Assembly (NCBI GenBank): GCA_002687735.1
Contig: NZBD01000015.1
Span: 54,499 to 118,498 of the forward strand
Reading direction: 5' to 3'
Origin: Candidatus Iainarchaeum sp.
GTDB taxonomy: Archaea > Iainarchaeota > Iainarchaeia > Iainarchaeales > Iainarchaeaceae
Length of the DNA stretch: 64,000 bases
This document shows positions 46,851 through 56,280 of the stretch, one piece after another (position 1 is the stretch's first letter; the number at the start of each line of letters is the position of its first letter). The notes below the pieces were generated by a model. That model was not told the origin of the DNA. It made no database searches and was given only the letters and a program-made list of their open reading frames with translations. The position numbers were made by a program, and so were the translations under genes.

Positions 46851-48428
46851 GTGGTTTTAATGGCATTTCAGTTTGCGGAAAAGAAAGGAAACAAGATTGA
46901 TTCTTATGGTCAGACGGTTATCTATGAAGGGTTCCCTTTTTTCTTTTATGATGTAAAAGAACCAAGTTTTAATGAGGAAGAAAATATTATGAATGAATCC
47001 CTGACCAACCTTATTACTGGTCGTTGGAGTTTTGATGAGGTTCAGGGGCAGTTAGAAAAGCTGTTTTCAAAGCAGTTTATGGAACAGTTCAGGGAAAAAA
47101 TCATCAAGCCAGTAACTTACAGTGATGCTTTGGAATATTTACTGCCAACCGATGATTATAATACTCTAAAATTGACTCTTATAACTTTATTCAAGGAATT
47201 TTTGCCGAGTGTAAAAAACCATTCATTATTAGCAGATAAAATCCTCGGGGACTCGATTGGTTATGGGAAAATAAACTCTTTTGTTTTGGATGAAAGTTTA
47301 GAAGAGGTAATGGTTAATGGTTATGATAAGAGTGTTTTTGTTTTTCACAAAAAGTATGGCCACTGTAAAACTAATGTAGATTTTGTTAACAAAAAATCTC
47401 TTGATTCTTTGTTGCAAAAAGTTGCTCACACTGTAGGAAAAAATTTTGATGCTGACACTCCTTTATTGGATGCACGCCTTCCTGATGGTAACAGGGCTAA
47501 TGCCACATTTCCTTATGTAACTCCGTTTGGTCCAAGTCTTACAATCAGAAAGTTTTCCAGTGTTCCTCTTAGTATTATTGATTTAATTGCTAACAATACT
47601 GTTTCAAGTGAGCTTGCAGCATTTCTTTGGGTTATGGTTGAGGGAATGGGTGTTGAGCCAATGAACATTATTATTACTGGGGGGTCGGGTTCCGGAAAAA
47701 CAACAACCCTGAATGCATTGACTGCTTTTGTAAGGTATCCTGAAAGAATTATTTCTATTGAAGATACTCTTGAACTGCGTTTGTTGGGACGACAAAATTG
47801 GGTTCAGATGGAATCCAGGCCTGCAATGAAAGGACAGGAAGGTATCACTATGGATGACTTGTTAAAGAACGCCATGAGGATGAGGCCTGATAGGATTGTT
47901 GTTGGAGAGGTAAGAGGAAAAGAAGCAGAAACTCTCTTTGTTGCAATGGACACTGGCCACAAAGGATCTATGGGAACATTACATAGTAATTCTGCTAAGG
48001 AAATGCTTCTAAGGCTGCAGGCAAAACCAATGGGAGTTCCTGATGCATTGATTCCTTTGCTTAATCTTATTGTTGTGCAGTACCGACTTTATGTTAAAGG
48101 AAAAGGAATTCAGAGAAGAATCATTTCTGTTACTGAGGTTAGTTCTATGGACAAGCATGCTTTGCTTAGCAATGTTTATGAGTGGGATCGCAGAGCTGAT
48201 CTTATAAGAAGAACCGATGTTCCGATGAAACTTATTGAGATCTTATCTGAAAAAACATTAAAATCCAAAAAAGAAGTTGAGATGGAAGTTAATGTCAGGA
48301 AAAGGATTCTTGAGTGGATGCTGAAAAACGAAATCCATACTCAACCGGAAGTTGAGGTTGTTATTCAACAGTATTATTACAATCCGGAAGGTCTTTTAGA
48401 AAAGGTTCTTGCTGAAGAGCCTCAGTAA
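46851..48428 (+). CDS. Type IV pilus/secretion ATPase (CpaF/VirB11 family)
   Basis: GGSGSGKTT, SIEDTLEL, RMRPDRIVVGEVRG, TGH..TLH. Confidence 0.93.
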   Translation: MVLMAFQFAEKKGNKIDSYGQTVIYEGFPFFFYDVKEPSFNEEENIMNESLTNLITGRWSFDEVQGQLEKLFSKQFMEQFREKIIKPVTYSDALEYLLPTDDYNTLKLTLITLFKEFLPSVKNHSLLADKILGDSIGYGKINSFVLDESLEEVMVNGYDKSVFVFHKKYGHCKTNVDFVNKKSLDSLLQKVAHTVGKNFDADTPLLDARLPDGNRANATFPYVTPFGPSLTIRKFSSVPLSIIDLIANNTVSSELAAFLWVMVEGMGVEPMNIIITGGSGSGKTTTLNALTAFVRYPERIISIEDTLELRLLGRQNWVQMESRPAMKGQEGITMDDLLKNAMRMRPDRIVVGEVRGKEAETLFVAMDTGHKGSMGTLHSNSAKEMLLRLQAKPMGVPDALIPLLNLIVVQYRLYVKGKGIQRRIISVTEVSSMDKHALLSNVYEWDRRADLIRRTDVPMKLIEILSEKTLKSKKEVEMEVNVRKRILEWMLKNEIHTQPEVEVVIQQYYYNPEGLLEKVLAEEPQ

Positions 48429-49019
48429 TTATTCTAAATTTTTTCTGAATGTTTTTTCAAGTTTTTCAAGTCGTGCATAATTTTTCCTGACCAATTCATT
48501 TGCTTCTTTTAACACTTTCAATAATTGTTTCTTGTTTATAAGTTCTTCTTCCCCGTTTTTAGCTGGAAATTCCATTCTTTCTGTTCCCTGTAATTCTATC
48601 ATGAATTTTCCTTTTTCGGCAAGCATTATTCCGCCTCTTTTGACACCTGCTTCTTTCATTGCTTTTAAGATTGCGTTTGATTTTTCTAAATCAGCACACC
48701 CAATATGTAAAATAAAAGGATCGACTTTGAACCATAGTTTTCCTTTTATTTTTTCATTAAAACCTTCCTCAAGTTCTTCTTTTGTGATTTCCCTGTGCCA
48801 TTTTCTGTGGAAAAAATTATCTATTTTCCTGTCGCTTCTTTTTTCAAGTAATATTATTCTTCCGCTGCAGCAGCTGGAAGTATAGTAATTTTTTGTTGAA
48901 ATCACATAATCACAAAGCCCCTGCATCTGCTCATCAACCTTTCCTTGGCTTAAAGCTGTTTGGTAGGTTTGTGTGTGTCTTTGTTTTATCATCTCAAATC
49001 TGGTTGGCTTAGCATTCAT
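48429..49019 (-). CDS. taw3: tRNA wybutosine methyltransferase Taw3/Tyw3
   Basis: YTSSCCSGRI, KWH, PFILHI. Confidence 0.9.
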   Translation of the reverse strand: MNAKPTRFEMIKQRHTQTYQTALSQGKVDEQMQGLCDYVISTKNYYTSSCCSGRIILLEKRSDRKIDNFFHRKWHREITKEELEEGFNEKIKGKLWFKVDPFILHIGCADLEKSNAILKAMKEAGVKRGGIMLAEKGKFMIELQGTERMEFPAKNGEEELINKKQLLKVLKEANELVRKNYARLEKLEKTFRKNLE

Positions 49020-49110
49020 GTAAAGTCCTCTTTTTTGGCCTCTTATAGGCTTTTTTTACCAATTGTTTTATTTATTCTTCTGCTATAATCCTATTTTGGG
49101 GGAATCAATT

Positions 49111-49914
49111 TTGTTTAAATATATTGCCATATTAAGCATGTTTTTATTGTTAGTCTCATTGGCTTTTGCTGAGGTTAACGTTCTTTATCCTGTGGAAGCA
49201 ACCCTTCAAAGCGGCAATACTATCCAGGCTGGTTCAGTAAGTCCTAATCAGGTTTTTGAATTGATTTTTTCAGATAATTCAGGTTATGGTTTTGAATGGG
49301 ATGCTATTACAATTAATGAAGCTTCTTTGCCTTCAGGCTGGAAGATTGTTTCTCAGAATATTACTGATACTTCTTTGATAATAAACATCAGTGTTCCTAA
49401 AAATGCCCAGCCAAACTTTTATGTTCTTGAATTTTCATTAGCAAACAGTAACAATCCTATTGTGAAGGATTCAATTAGTGTTAGTGTTGTTGTAAAACAA
49501 AATTTACTGGATGTTTCTTTTGCAAGGCCTCCAATAGAAGATGTTTCTGTTGTGGGTGAATCTGTTTTTTACAAAGGGATTGTTTCTAATTCCTCAATTG
49601 CCTATCAAAAAATTGTTTTTTCTTCTGATGTTCCATCAAATTGGTTTGAACGCGTTGTTTTTGAAGCAGAGCCAAACAGCTTGAGAGAGGTAGAACTTGA
49701 ATTAAATCCTAAGTCTTACGGGAAACATTCTTTTTCTTTCCAAGTGTTGGATGAAGAAGGCACAATAATTAAAAGTTATTCTTCAGAATTAAACGTACGC
49801 CCTACTCTGAAAGGAAAGTTCAGTTCTGCATTATCCGGTTTTCCTTTCTTTACTTTCAGTTTGGTTCCATTCCAGTTATTAGATTCTTTTGTTTCCTTAA
49901 TTTTGCCTAATTAA
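49111..49914 (+). CDS. Secreted Ig-like hypothetical protein
   Basis: Signal peptide, beta-rich repeats, hydrophobic C-terminus. Confidence 0.65.
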   Translation: MFKYIAILSMFLLLVSLAFAEVNVLYPVEATLQSGNTIQAGSVSPNQVFELIFSDNSGYGFEWDAITINEASLPSGWKIVSQNITDTSLIINISVPKNAQPNFYVLEFSLANSNNPIVKDSISVSVVVKQNLLDVSFARPPIEDVSVVGESVFYKGIVSNSSIAYQKIVFSSDVPSNWFERVVFEAEPNSLREVELELNPKSYGKHSFSFQVLDEEGTIIKSYSSELNVRPTLKGKFSSALSGFPFFTFSLVPFQLLDSFVSLILPN

Positions 49915-51616
49915 GAATTTTCCCCATATAAATTCCGTCTCTTTTGTAACCAAGTTTTTCCAAATAGTATTCTCTAGCCCCAACACCACTTATAACTAGT
50001 AATTTATCCGCGCTGAATTTTTCTTTTGCAATTTTTTCAGCTTGTTCCATTAACTTTTTACCAAAACCTTTGTGTTGTGTGCTTTCAGAATCTGTTTTCC
50101 CTATCCCGACTTCCGAACCAAGAACATGCAGTTCTCTTATTACACAAGTTTTTTCCGTGAACTCTTCCCTGAACGGTTTCCATGGTTTTCTTAACCTGCA
50201 AAACCCAACAATCAATTCGTTCTTTGTATCCTCAAATGAAATAAAAACTTCTTTTCCTTTACTTGCTTCGTATTCCTTTTCAACTAATTCAACCTTTGAA
50301 TAATCTGTTTCTTTTCCTTTTCCTTGGTTTATACCCGATTCTCTGCATCTTATGCATTTGCACTTAATTCCTTTTCCTTTTGCTTTTTCCTCAATTATCT
50401 GCCTTAAATTATTCTTATCAACCCCGCCTTTGGAGTATTTTGTCGGTATATCTCTTTGTACACGGTGTACTCTTGTGTAAGAAGGAAAATATTTTTTTGC
50501 TTCAGAAATAATCTCTGCAGCCTCTTCAGTATCTAACGGAGTAAATTTTCCATTTTCATAAAGTTTTTCCAATGCAGTTCCTGGCATAACCATGCAAGGG
50601 TAAATTTTCAATCCATCCGGTTTAAAATCCGGGTTTTCAAATAGTTCCTTAAACATTTCAACATCCTTTTCTTTAGAACTCAAAGGCTGCCCCGGCATCA
50701 TGTGATAAGTTACTTTCAATCCCGAATCTTTCAAAAGCCTTGTTGCTTCTATTGTATCATCTATTGTATGTCCTCTGTTTGTGTATTTCAGAACATCATT
50801 GCTTGTGCTCTGAGCCCCAAGTTCAACCCTTGTGGTTCCTAGCTTTAACATCCGGTCAATTTCTTTTTCTTTACACCAATCAGGTTTTGTTTCAATGCAC
50901 ATTGTAACTATTCTCACATTTGCTTTCTCATTCCTCAAATGTTCTTTCTCAACAATAGGTTCATGCTTTTGTTTCAATAATTTTTCTTTCAGGTTTTTGT
51001 TAAATCCCTTATTTTGTTTTGAAAAAAATTCATTGAACTTTTCGGAATCGAATTTCCCTTTTGGGAACATGTTTTCTGAAAAATCATTTACCGCTTGGAA
51101 TGCTTCGGAAATAAATTTCTCCTGATACTCAAAAGGAAAACTTGGAAAAGTTCCTCCCATAATTATTAATTCCAGTTTTTGCGGATTGTGAGCGGTAGAA
51201 TAATACTGTGACAACCTGTTCATTGTCTGGAGATAAGAATCATAAGAATTGCTTATTGCCCGCATTGTTGCAGGTTCGTTTCCAGTGTAGCTTTGCGGAA
51301 CATCCCCAAAAAAACTATCAGGACCGCCAGGACAATAAATGCATGTTCCATGCGGACATTTTATTGGTTTAGTCATTATTGCTATTGGTGCAACTCCTGA
51401 AAGTGTCCTTAATGGTTTTATTGAAAGTATTTTGCTTAATTTTTTTGATGGCTTTTTTGAATGGCTTAAAATATCCGGATTGGACGGAACCTCATTTAAG
51501 CCCACTTCTTTTCCAATCTGTAGCTTGAATTTATTCAGCTCGTCTTTAGTGTTAATCCTGTTCTTTTCAACTGCCTCAATTATTTGGGTGCAGAATTGCT
51601 GTAATTTTGTTGTCAT
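49907..51616 (-). CDS. elp3: Elp3 tRNA U34 radical-SAM acetyltransferase
   Basis: CPHGTCIYCPGG, MGGTF, RVQRDIP, RELHV, QHKGFG. Confidence 0.96.
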   Translation of the reverse strand: MTTKLQQFCTQIIEAVEKNRINTKDELNKFKLQIGKEVGLNEVPSNPDILSHSKKPSKKLSKILSIKPLRTLSGVAPIAIMTKPIKCPHGTCIYCPGGPDSFFGDVPQSYTGNEPATMRAISNSYDSYLQTMNRLSQYYSTAHNPQKLELIIMGGTFPSFPFEYQEKFISEAFQAVNDFSENMFPKGKFDSEKFNEFFSKQNKGFNKNLKEKLLKQKHEPIVEKEHLRNEKANVRIVTMCIETKPDWCKEKEIDRMLKLGTTRVELGAQSTSNDVLKYTNRGHTIDDTIEATRLLKDSGLKVTYHMMPGQPLSSKEKDVEMFKELFENPDFKPDGLKIYPCMVMPGTALEKLYENGKFTPLDTEEAAEIISEAKKYFPSYTRVHRVQRDIPTKYSKGGVDKNNLRQIIEEKAKGKGIKCKCIRCRESGINQGKGKETDYSKVELVEKEYEASKGKEVFISFEDTKNELIVGFCRLRKPWKPFREEFTEKTCVIRELHVLGSEVGIGKTDSESTQHKGFGKKLMEQAEKIAKEKFSADKLLVISGVGAREYYLEKLGYKRDGIYMGKILN

Positions 51617-51671
51617 GACTCAATTTTTTTCCCTGAAAAGGTTTTTATTGAGTGTTAGCGTTCTTTTTTGG

Positions 51672-51974
51672 ATGACTAATGCCGAACAGGAATTTGTGGA
51701 TTATGTGCAGAAATATCCTGAATGCTATGCTATTGCACAATCTGAGATATTCATGAAATTCTTAAAGCTCATTTCAGAGTCCCCTAGGTCAATTTCTGAG
51801 TTTTTAACAGCCATTCCGAATATTGAGGATTTTGATTTACAGCTTATTGTTCTTGCTTTAGAATCCGCAAAACTCACTAAAAAAAGTAGAAGTATTCAAA
51901 CTGAAGTATATTATCTCACGGATAAGGGAAAAACTCTTCTAACTAAGTATAAAAATGCAAAAAAAGGCCTTTAA
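51672..51974 (+). CDS. Winged-HTH protein
   Basis: ATG at 51672; LESAKL....YYLTDKGK wing motif. Confidence 0.6.
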   Translation: MTNAEQEFVDYVQKYPECYAIAQSEIFMKFLKLISESPRSISEFLTAIPNIEDFDLQLIVLALESAKLTKKSRSIQTEVYYLTDKGKTLLTKYKNAKKGL

Positions 51975-52064
51975 GGGGGGCTTTAAACATGCTTTACTGC
52001 GTTCTCTTTTATAAATATATTATATAATATACTATATATTAACACTCAAGGATGGGGGATTTTT

Positions 52065-52412
52065 TTGGGGAAAATATTATTAGCGGTACTTGGCATAGGA
52101 AAAGGCACTTGGGGGCATGTAGCTAGGCTTATCTCAGAGGAAGAATGGGATAAAATTATTCTGATTTCTAATGAATGGGGCAAGGAAAATTTTGCTCCTG
52201 CGAAAGAATGTGACTGGATTATTGTTAATAACCGCGCTGGTTTTGAAATAATTAAGGATGAAATAAAGAAACAGCTTCCTGATGGCGAATTAGCAGTTTC
52301 ACTTATCAGTGGTTCAGGAAAAGAACATATGGCTGTTCTTGCTGCTTTGAAAGCAAAAAAATCAAAATATGAAACAGTAATCCTGACTGGTGAAGGAACG
52401 AAATATTATTAA
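52065..52412 (+). CDS. Stand-alone CARF-like Rossmann protein
   Basis: LLAVLG, WDKIILI and AVSLISGSGKEHMAVL patterns; GGGGA SD. Confidence 0.5.
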   Translation: MGKILLAVLGIGKGTWGHVARLISEEEWDKIILISNEWGKENFAPAKECDWIIVNNRAGFEIIKDEIKKQLPDGELAVSLISGSGKEHMAVLAALKAKKSKYETVILTGEGTKYY

Positions 52413-52418
52413 TCACAC

Positions 52419-52462
52419 TTTTTTCTTTTCGTGAAAAGAAAAAACTGTACCAAAAAGAAAAG
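52419..52462. repeat. Inverted+mirror (triplex-capable) repeat, copy 3
   Basis: ttttttcttttc-gt-gaaaagaaaaa-actgtacc-aaaaagaaaag. Confidence 0.85.
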
Positions 52463-52506
52463 CAAGCTTCGCATAATGTTTTAATTTCTTTGAACTAATT
52501 TCTTTA

Positions 52507-52875
52507 ATGCCTGATTTAATTTTTTTGTTAGTTTTAGTTGCTGCAATAATTTTATTTCTTTTAGTTCTGTTTTTGCTTTCGAGATTAAGTTCTTTAGAAC
52601 AAAGATTAAGTGAATTAAAGTTTTCCAAATCCTCCCAATCTGTTAAGTACGGTAAAATGACCGAACAGTTCATTCCTTTCACAAAAGATTTTCCTTTTAA
52701 CCCTGATAATTTTCGTTTTTTGGGAAACCCGATTGACGGAGTTATTTTTGAGGAAGATAAAGTTATTTTTGCAGAATTCAAAACAGCTTCTTCTCAGCTT
52801 TCACAAAAGCAAAGAAATATTCGTGATTTAGTTAAATCGAAAAAAGTTGAATGGTTTGAGTATAAATTAAAGTAA
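52507..52875 (+). CDS. Membrane-anchored Holliday-junction-resolvase-like PD-(D/E)xK nuclease
   Basis: GKMTEQFIPF...RFLGNPIDGVIF...EFKT...LS..QR. Confidence 0.85.
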   Translation: MPDLIFLLVLVAAIILFLLVLFLLSRLSSLEQRLSELKFSKSSQSVKYGKMTEQFIPFTKDFPFNPDNFRFLGNPIDGVIFEEDKVIFAEFKTASSQLSQKQRNIRDLVKSKKVEWFEYKLK

Positions 52876-53259
52876 TTACTTTTCCTTAGCTTTTTTAATC
52901 TCTTTGTAAAATTGTTCTTCCTCAACAACCTGTTCCAGAGTTTTACTTTCAATTGTTTGCTTTACAATTGAATTAATAAAACCAAGAATAAGAATTAATC
53001 CTAAAAACACATAACCTATTGTGAAAAGTTTTCCAAGATTAGTTTGTGGCGCTAAGTCCCCATACCCTACAGTGGTTAGTGTTATTACCGTAAAGTACAA
53101 AGAATCCAGTAAACTCCATTGCTCTACTTGATTATAAAAAATAGTCCCAATTCCAAGGGTCACGGTTAGTAAAAGTATTAATGCTTCTGTTTCTGCCCCC
53201 CTAAAACCTCGCCAGACGGCTTTAACAAAAAATATTGCTTTTTCGATAAATGCTTTCAT
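52876..53259 (-). CDS. Two-TM potassium channel
   Basis: TLTTVGYGD selectivity filter. Confidence 0.92.
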   Translation of the reverse strand: MKAFIEKAIFFVKAVWRGFRGAETEALILLLTVTLGIGTIFYNQVEQWSLLDSLYFTVITLTTVGYGDLAPQTNLGKLFTIGYVFLGLILILGFINSIVKQTIESKTLEQVVEEEQFYKEIKKAKEK

Positions 53260-53306
53260 TTTGAACGTTTAAAGTATGTGTTTTGTCAGATTTAAAGGTT
53301 GCCTTG

Positions 53307-54347
53307 TCATTTCCAGTCTGATTTATACCTGAGAACAGCAGCAATTCCGCCAAATCCAAGTATTTTTTCCCCTGCTTCGTTTTTGCCTGAAATAAAAATA
53401 ATCTTCCCATGTAATTGTTCAGCTTTATCAAGTATTTGTTCTGTTTCTTCTCTTTTTTCTGAAAGCATTTTTTCATGAACCACCAGCTCATCAACAGCAC
53501 CAGAATCAATTGCTTTTTTTACTTCCTCAAAACCAATTGCACTTAAACCATTTGAAACCCCGACGAGAATTTTTTCAACAGCTTTAGTTTCTTCAGCTGC
53601 ATGGAACCCTTCAATAAGCTGGTCTATTTTTCCGCTTTTTATAAGTTCATTTAAACCTGTTATTCCAACTGAATTTGTTGATTCAAAGTTTGGTTTTAGT
53701 TTTGAGTTTTTTTCTTTTAAGAATTTTTCAAAATTTTGTTTCTCAAAACCAGGGCCGGCTATAACGATTTTTTTAGGCTCCAGTTCAGTGAGTTTTTTCA
53801 AAAGTTCATCAAAGTAAGGGTTTCCTTTTTCGGCGTTCTCAAATCTTTTGCCGCCTTTTTTTCCAAGGATTTTTGCTTTCTTAGCAAGTCCAGAATCTTT
53901 CAGGAAAGCAAGTTCTGCTTCCTCATCATCCATAACAACTAATAGCAAATTTTCTCTGCCGGATGCTTTTTTTGCTCTCTCAAGCCTGTCAATATGGTAC
54001 TTTTTCAGTGCTTTTTTTGTAATCCTTATTTTTTCTCCTGCCTCAGCTTCAATAGTGTGATGGCTTTTCAATTCCACTAATTCTGTTGGTTTTGCAGAAA
54101 CAACAATTCCCTGAATTCTTAATTGATTTGTTGTTTCATGGAACTCTGCTTTTTCAACTTCCAGTTCCACAAAAATTTTCTGCTTGAAAGCTTTTTCTCC
54201 TTCATTTTTTGGCTTGATTTTTCTTTCAGACTCACCGCTAACCAAATCTCCCCGCTCTATGAGTTTTTCAATATGCCATAAGTCATCAAATGAATCAGGA
54301 ATGACTTCGAAATAATTGTTTTTCTGATCAACTTTGAGTATTTTCAT
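53307..54347 (-). CDS. pelA: Pelota ribosome rescue factor
   Basis: DDLWHI...GDLV, AGPGF, GFGGIAAVLRY. Confidence 0.95.
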   Translation of the reverse strand: MKILKVDQKNNYFEVIPDSFDDLWHIEKLIERGDLVSGESERKIKPKNEGEKAFKQKIFVELEVEKAEFHETTNQLRIQGIVVSAKPTELVELKSHHTIEAEAGEKIRITKKALKKYHIDRLERAKKASGRENLLLVVMDDEEAELAFLKDSGLAKKAKILGKKGGKRFENAEKGNPYFDELLKKLTELEPKKIVIAGPGFEKQNFEKFLKEKNSKLKPNFESTNSVGITGLNELIKSGKIDQLIEGFHAAEETKAVEKILVGVSNGLSAIGFEEVKKAIDSGAVDELVVHEKMLSEKREETEQILDKAEQLHGKIIFISGKNEAGEKILGFGGIAAVLRYKSDWK

Positions 54348-54399
54348 AATAATTCATGTGGCTGTAAACAGTTAAAAAACCTTAGAACAGAATTCTAAG

Positions 54400-54524
54400 A
54401 TGGCAAGAATAGCAGTATCAGAACCACAGTTGCGGCTGTGGACGCCCTTCGGGCGGCGTCCATCTCGCTTGGGCTCGATAGGACTTGGAAGGGATTAGTA
54501 ATGGCAAGAATAGCAGTATTGGAA
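54400..54524. repeat. 77-nt CCACAG-hairpin insert (54424-54500) flanked by a 24-bp duplication of the ABCE1 start
   Basis: atggcaagaatagcagtatcagaa vs atggcaagaatagcagtattggaa. Confidence 0.9.
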
Positions 54525-56279
54525 AAGGATCGTTGTATCAACAAAGAGGGCTGTAATTTCATTTGTGGCAATGTTTGTCCTGTAAATAGAGCCGGTAAGG
54601 AATGCATTTCCCTAGATGAGGAAACAAACAAGCCGGTTATAAGTGAAGACCTCTGCATAGGCTGCAATATTTGCGTAATCAAATGCCCGGTTGATTGTAT
54701 TTACATTGAGAATCTTGTGCAGGAACTAAATGAGGAGCCGGTTCAAAGATTTGGTGAAAATGAGTTTAGAGTTTACAGATTGCCTCTTATAAGAGAAGGA
54801 GAAATTGTAGGTTTGATTGGAAGAAACGGTATTGGAAAAAGCACTATTCTAAATATCCTTTCAGGTCAGTTAGTGCCGAATTTAGGGGATTATGAAAACG
54901 AACCAAATTATGATAAAGTAATGAATTTTTTCAAGGGAAGAGAATTACAGGATTACTTTTCTTCATTAAAAGAAAAATCAATAAAAGTTTCTTTCAAACC
55001 ACAGAACATCAACGATATCCAAAAGGCTTACAAAGGAAATGTAAATGATTTGCTGAAAAAGGTTGATGAAAGAAAAAAACTGAAAGAAATTTCCAAAATA
55101 TTAAGAATTGAAAAAATTCTTGAAAGGGATTTAAAAAGTTTAAGCGGAGGAGAACTTCAAAGAGTTGCTATTGCAGCTGCTGCTTTGAAGGATGCTGATT
55201 TTTATGCGTTTGATGAACCAACATCTTATTTAGATGTTAAAGAACGTTTGAACATGGCTGCATTATTAAGATCTTTAGCAGTTGAAAAGAAAACAGTTAT
55301 TGTTATTGAGCATGACTTAGCAGTTTTGGATTATTTGAGTGATTATGTTCATTTGCTTTATGGAAAAAAATCAGTTTATGGAATTGTTTCAAATTCTAAA
55401 AGTGTAAAAAATGGCATTAATGAATTTTTGGAAGGTTTTGTAAAAGATGAAAATGTGAGATTCAGAAAAGAAGAATTAAAATTTGAGGTTAAGCCTTCAA
55501 CTGATTTTAAACTGAAAAATATTGTTGCAAAGTATCCTTCTATGAAAAAATCTTTTGAGAATTTTTCTTTGGAGGTTGAAGGCGGTGAATTAAGGGAAGC
55601 AGAGGTATTAGGAATTATGGGTCCTAATGGTATTGGTAAAACCACTTTTGTAAAGATGTTGGCAGGAGTTGAAAAGCCTGATGAAGGTTCTATTGATCTT
55701 TCTCTTAAAGTTTCTTACAAACCTCAGTATCTTTCTCCTGAACAAGGAGTTACTGTTGCTGATTTTATTACTTCTCAAAACATAGACCGTGCTGTTTTCA
55801 AACAAGAGGTAGATAGACGTCTTTTCATTAGTGAGTTAGAAAACCATAAATTAGAGGAACTTTCAGGAGGGGAGCTCCAGAAAATTGCAGTAGGAATGGC
55901 CTTATGCAGAAACGATGTTGAATTAGTGCTTTTAGATGAACCAACAGCTTTTGTCGATATTGAGGATCGTCTCAATATGGCTGACACTATCAGGTCTGTT
56001 ACTGATTCAAAAAAGAAAGTTTGTCTGGTTGTTGACCATGATCTTGTGTTTCAGGATTCTGTTAGTGACCGCTTAATGATTTTTGAAGGAGAATCTTCAG
56101 TGAAAGGTTTAGCCAGGAAGCCTTTCACAATGCATGATGGGATGAATCACTTTTTGAAATCCATGCAACTTTCATTTCGACGCGATAAAACAAACGGTCG
56201 CCCTCGTGCAAATAAACCAGGTTCACAATTAGATAAGGAACAAAAAGCCAAGGGCGAATATTACTATTCAGTAGAATAA
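54501..56279 (+). CDS. rli: Ribosome recycling ATPase ABCE1/RLI
   Basis: N-terminal Fe-S Cys cluster, two ABC domains, C-terminal FRRD..GRPRANK. Confidence 0.97.
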   Translation: MARIAVLEKDRCINKEGCNFICGNVCPVNRAGKECISLDEETNKPVISEDLCIGCNICVIKCPVDCIYIENLVQELNEEPVQRFGENEFRVYRLPLIREGEIVGLIGRNGIGKSTILNILSGQLVPNLGDYENEPNYDKVMNFFKGRELQDYFSSLKEKSIKVSFKPQNINDIQKAYKGNVNDLLKKVDERKKLKEISKILRIEKILERDLKSLSGGELQRVAIAAAALKDADFYAFDEPTSYLDVKERLNMAALLRSLAVEKKTVIVIEHDLAVLDYLSDYVHLLYGKKSVYGIVSNSKSVKNGINEFLEGFVKDENVRFRKEELKFEVKPSTDFKLKNIVAKYPSMKKSFENFSLEVEGGELREAEVLGIMGPNGIGKTTFVKMLAGVEKPDEGSIDLSLKVSYKPQYLSPEQGVTVADFITSQNIDRAVFKQEVDRRLFISELENHKLEELSGGELQKIAVGMALCRNDVELVLLDEPTAFVDIEDRLNMADTIRSVTDSKKKVCLVVDHDLVFQDSVSDRLMIFEGESSVKGLARKPFTMHDGMNHFLKSMQLSFRRDKTNGRPRANKPGSQLDKEQKAKGEYYYSVE

Positions 56280-56280
56280 T

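Noticed and set aside
51339-51671. Long 5' part of the 211-aa ORF
   Set aside because: Antisense shadow of elp3; only the part from ATG 51672 looks real
54438-54500. N-terminal extension of ABCE1 from GTG 54438 in the ORF track
   Set aside because: Lies inside the hairpin insert; the family-typical N-terminus MARIAV starts at 54501
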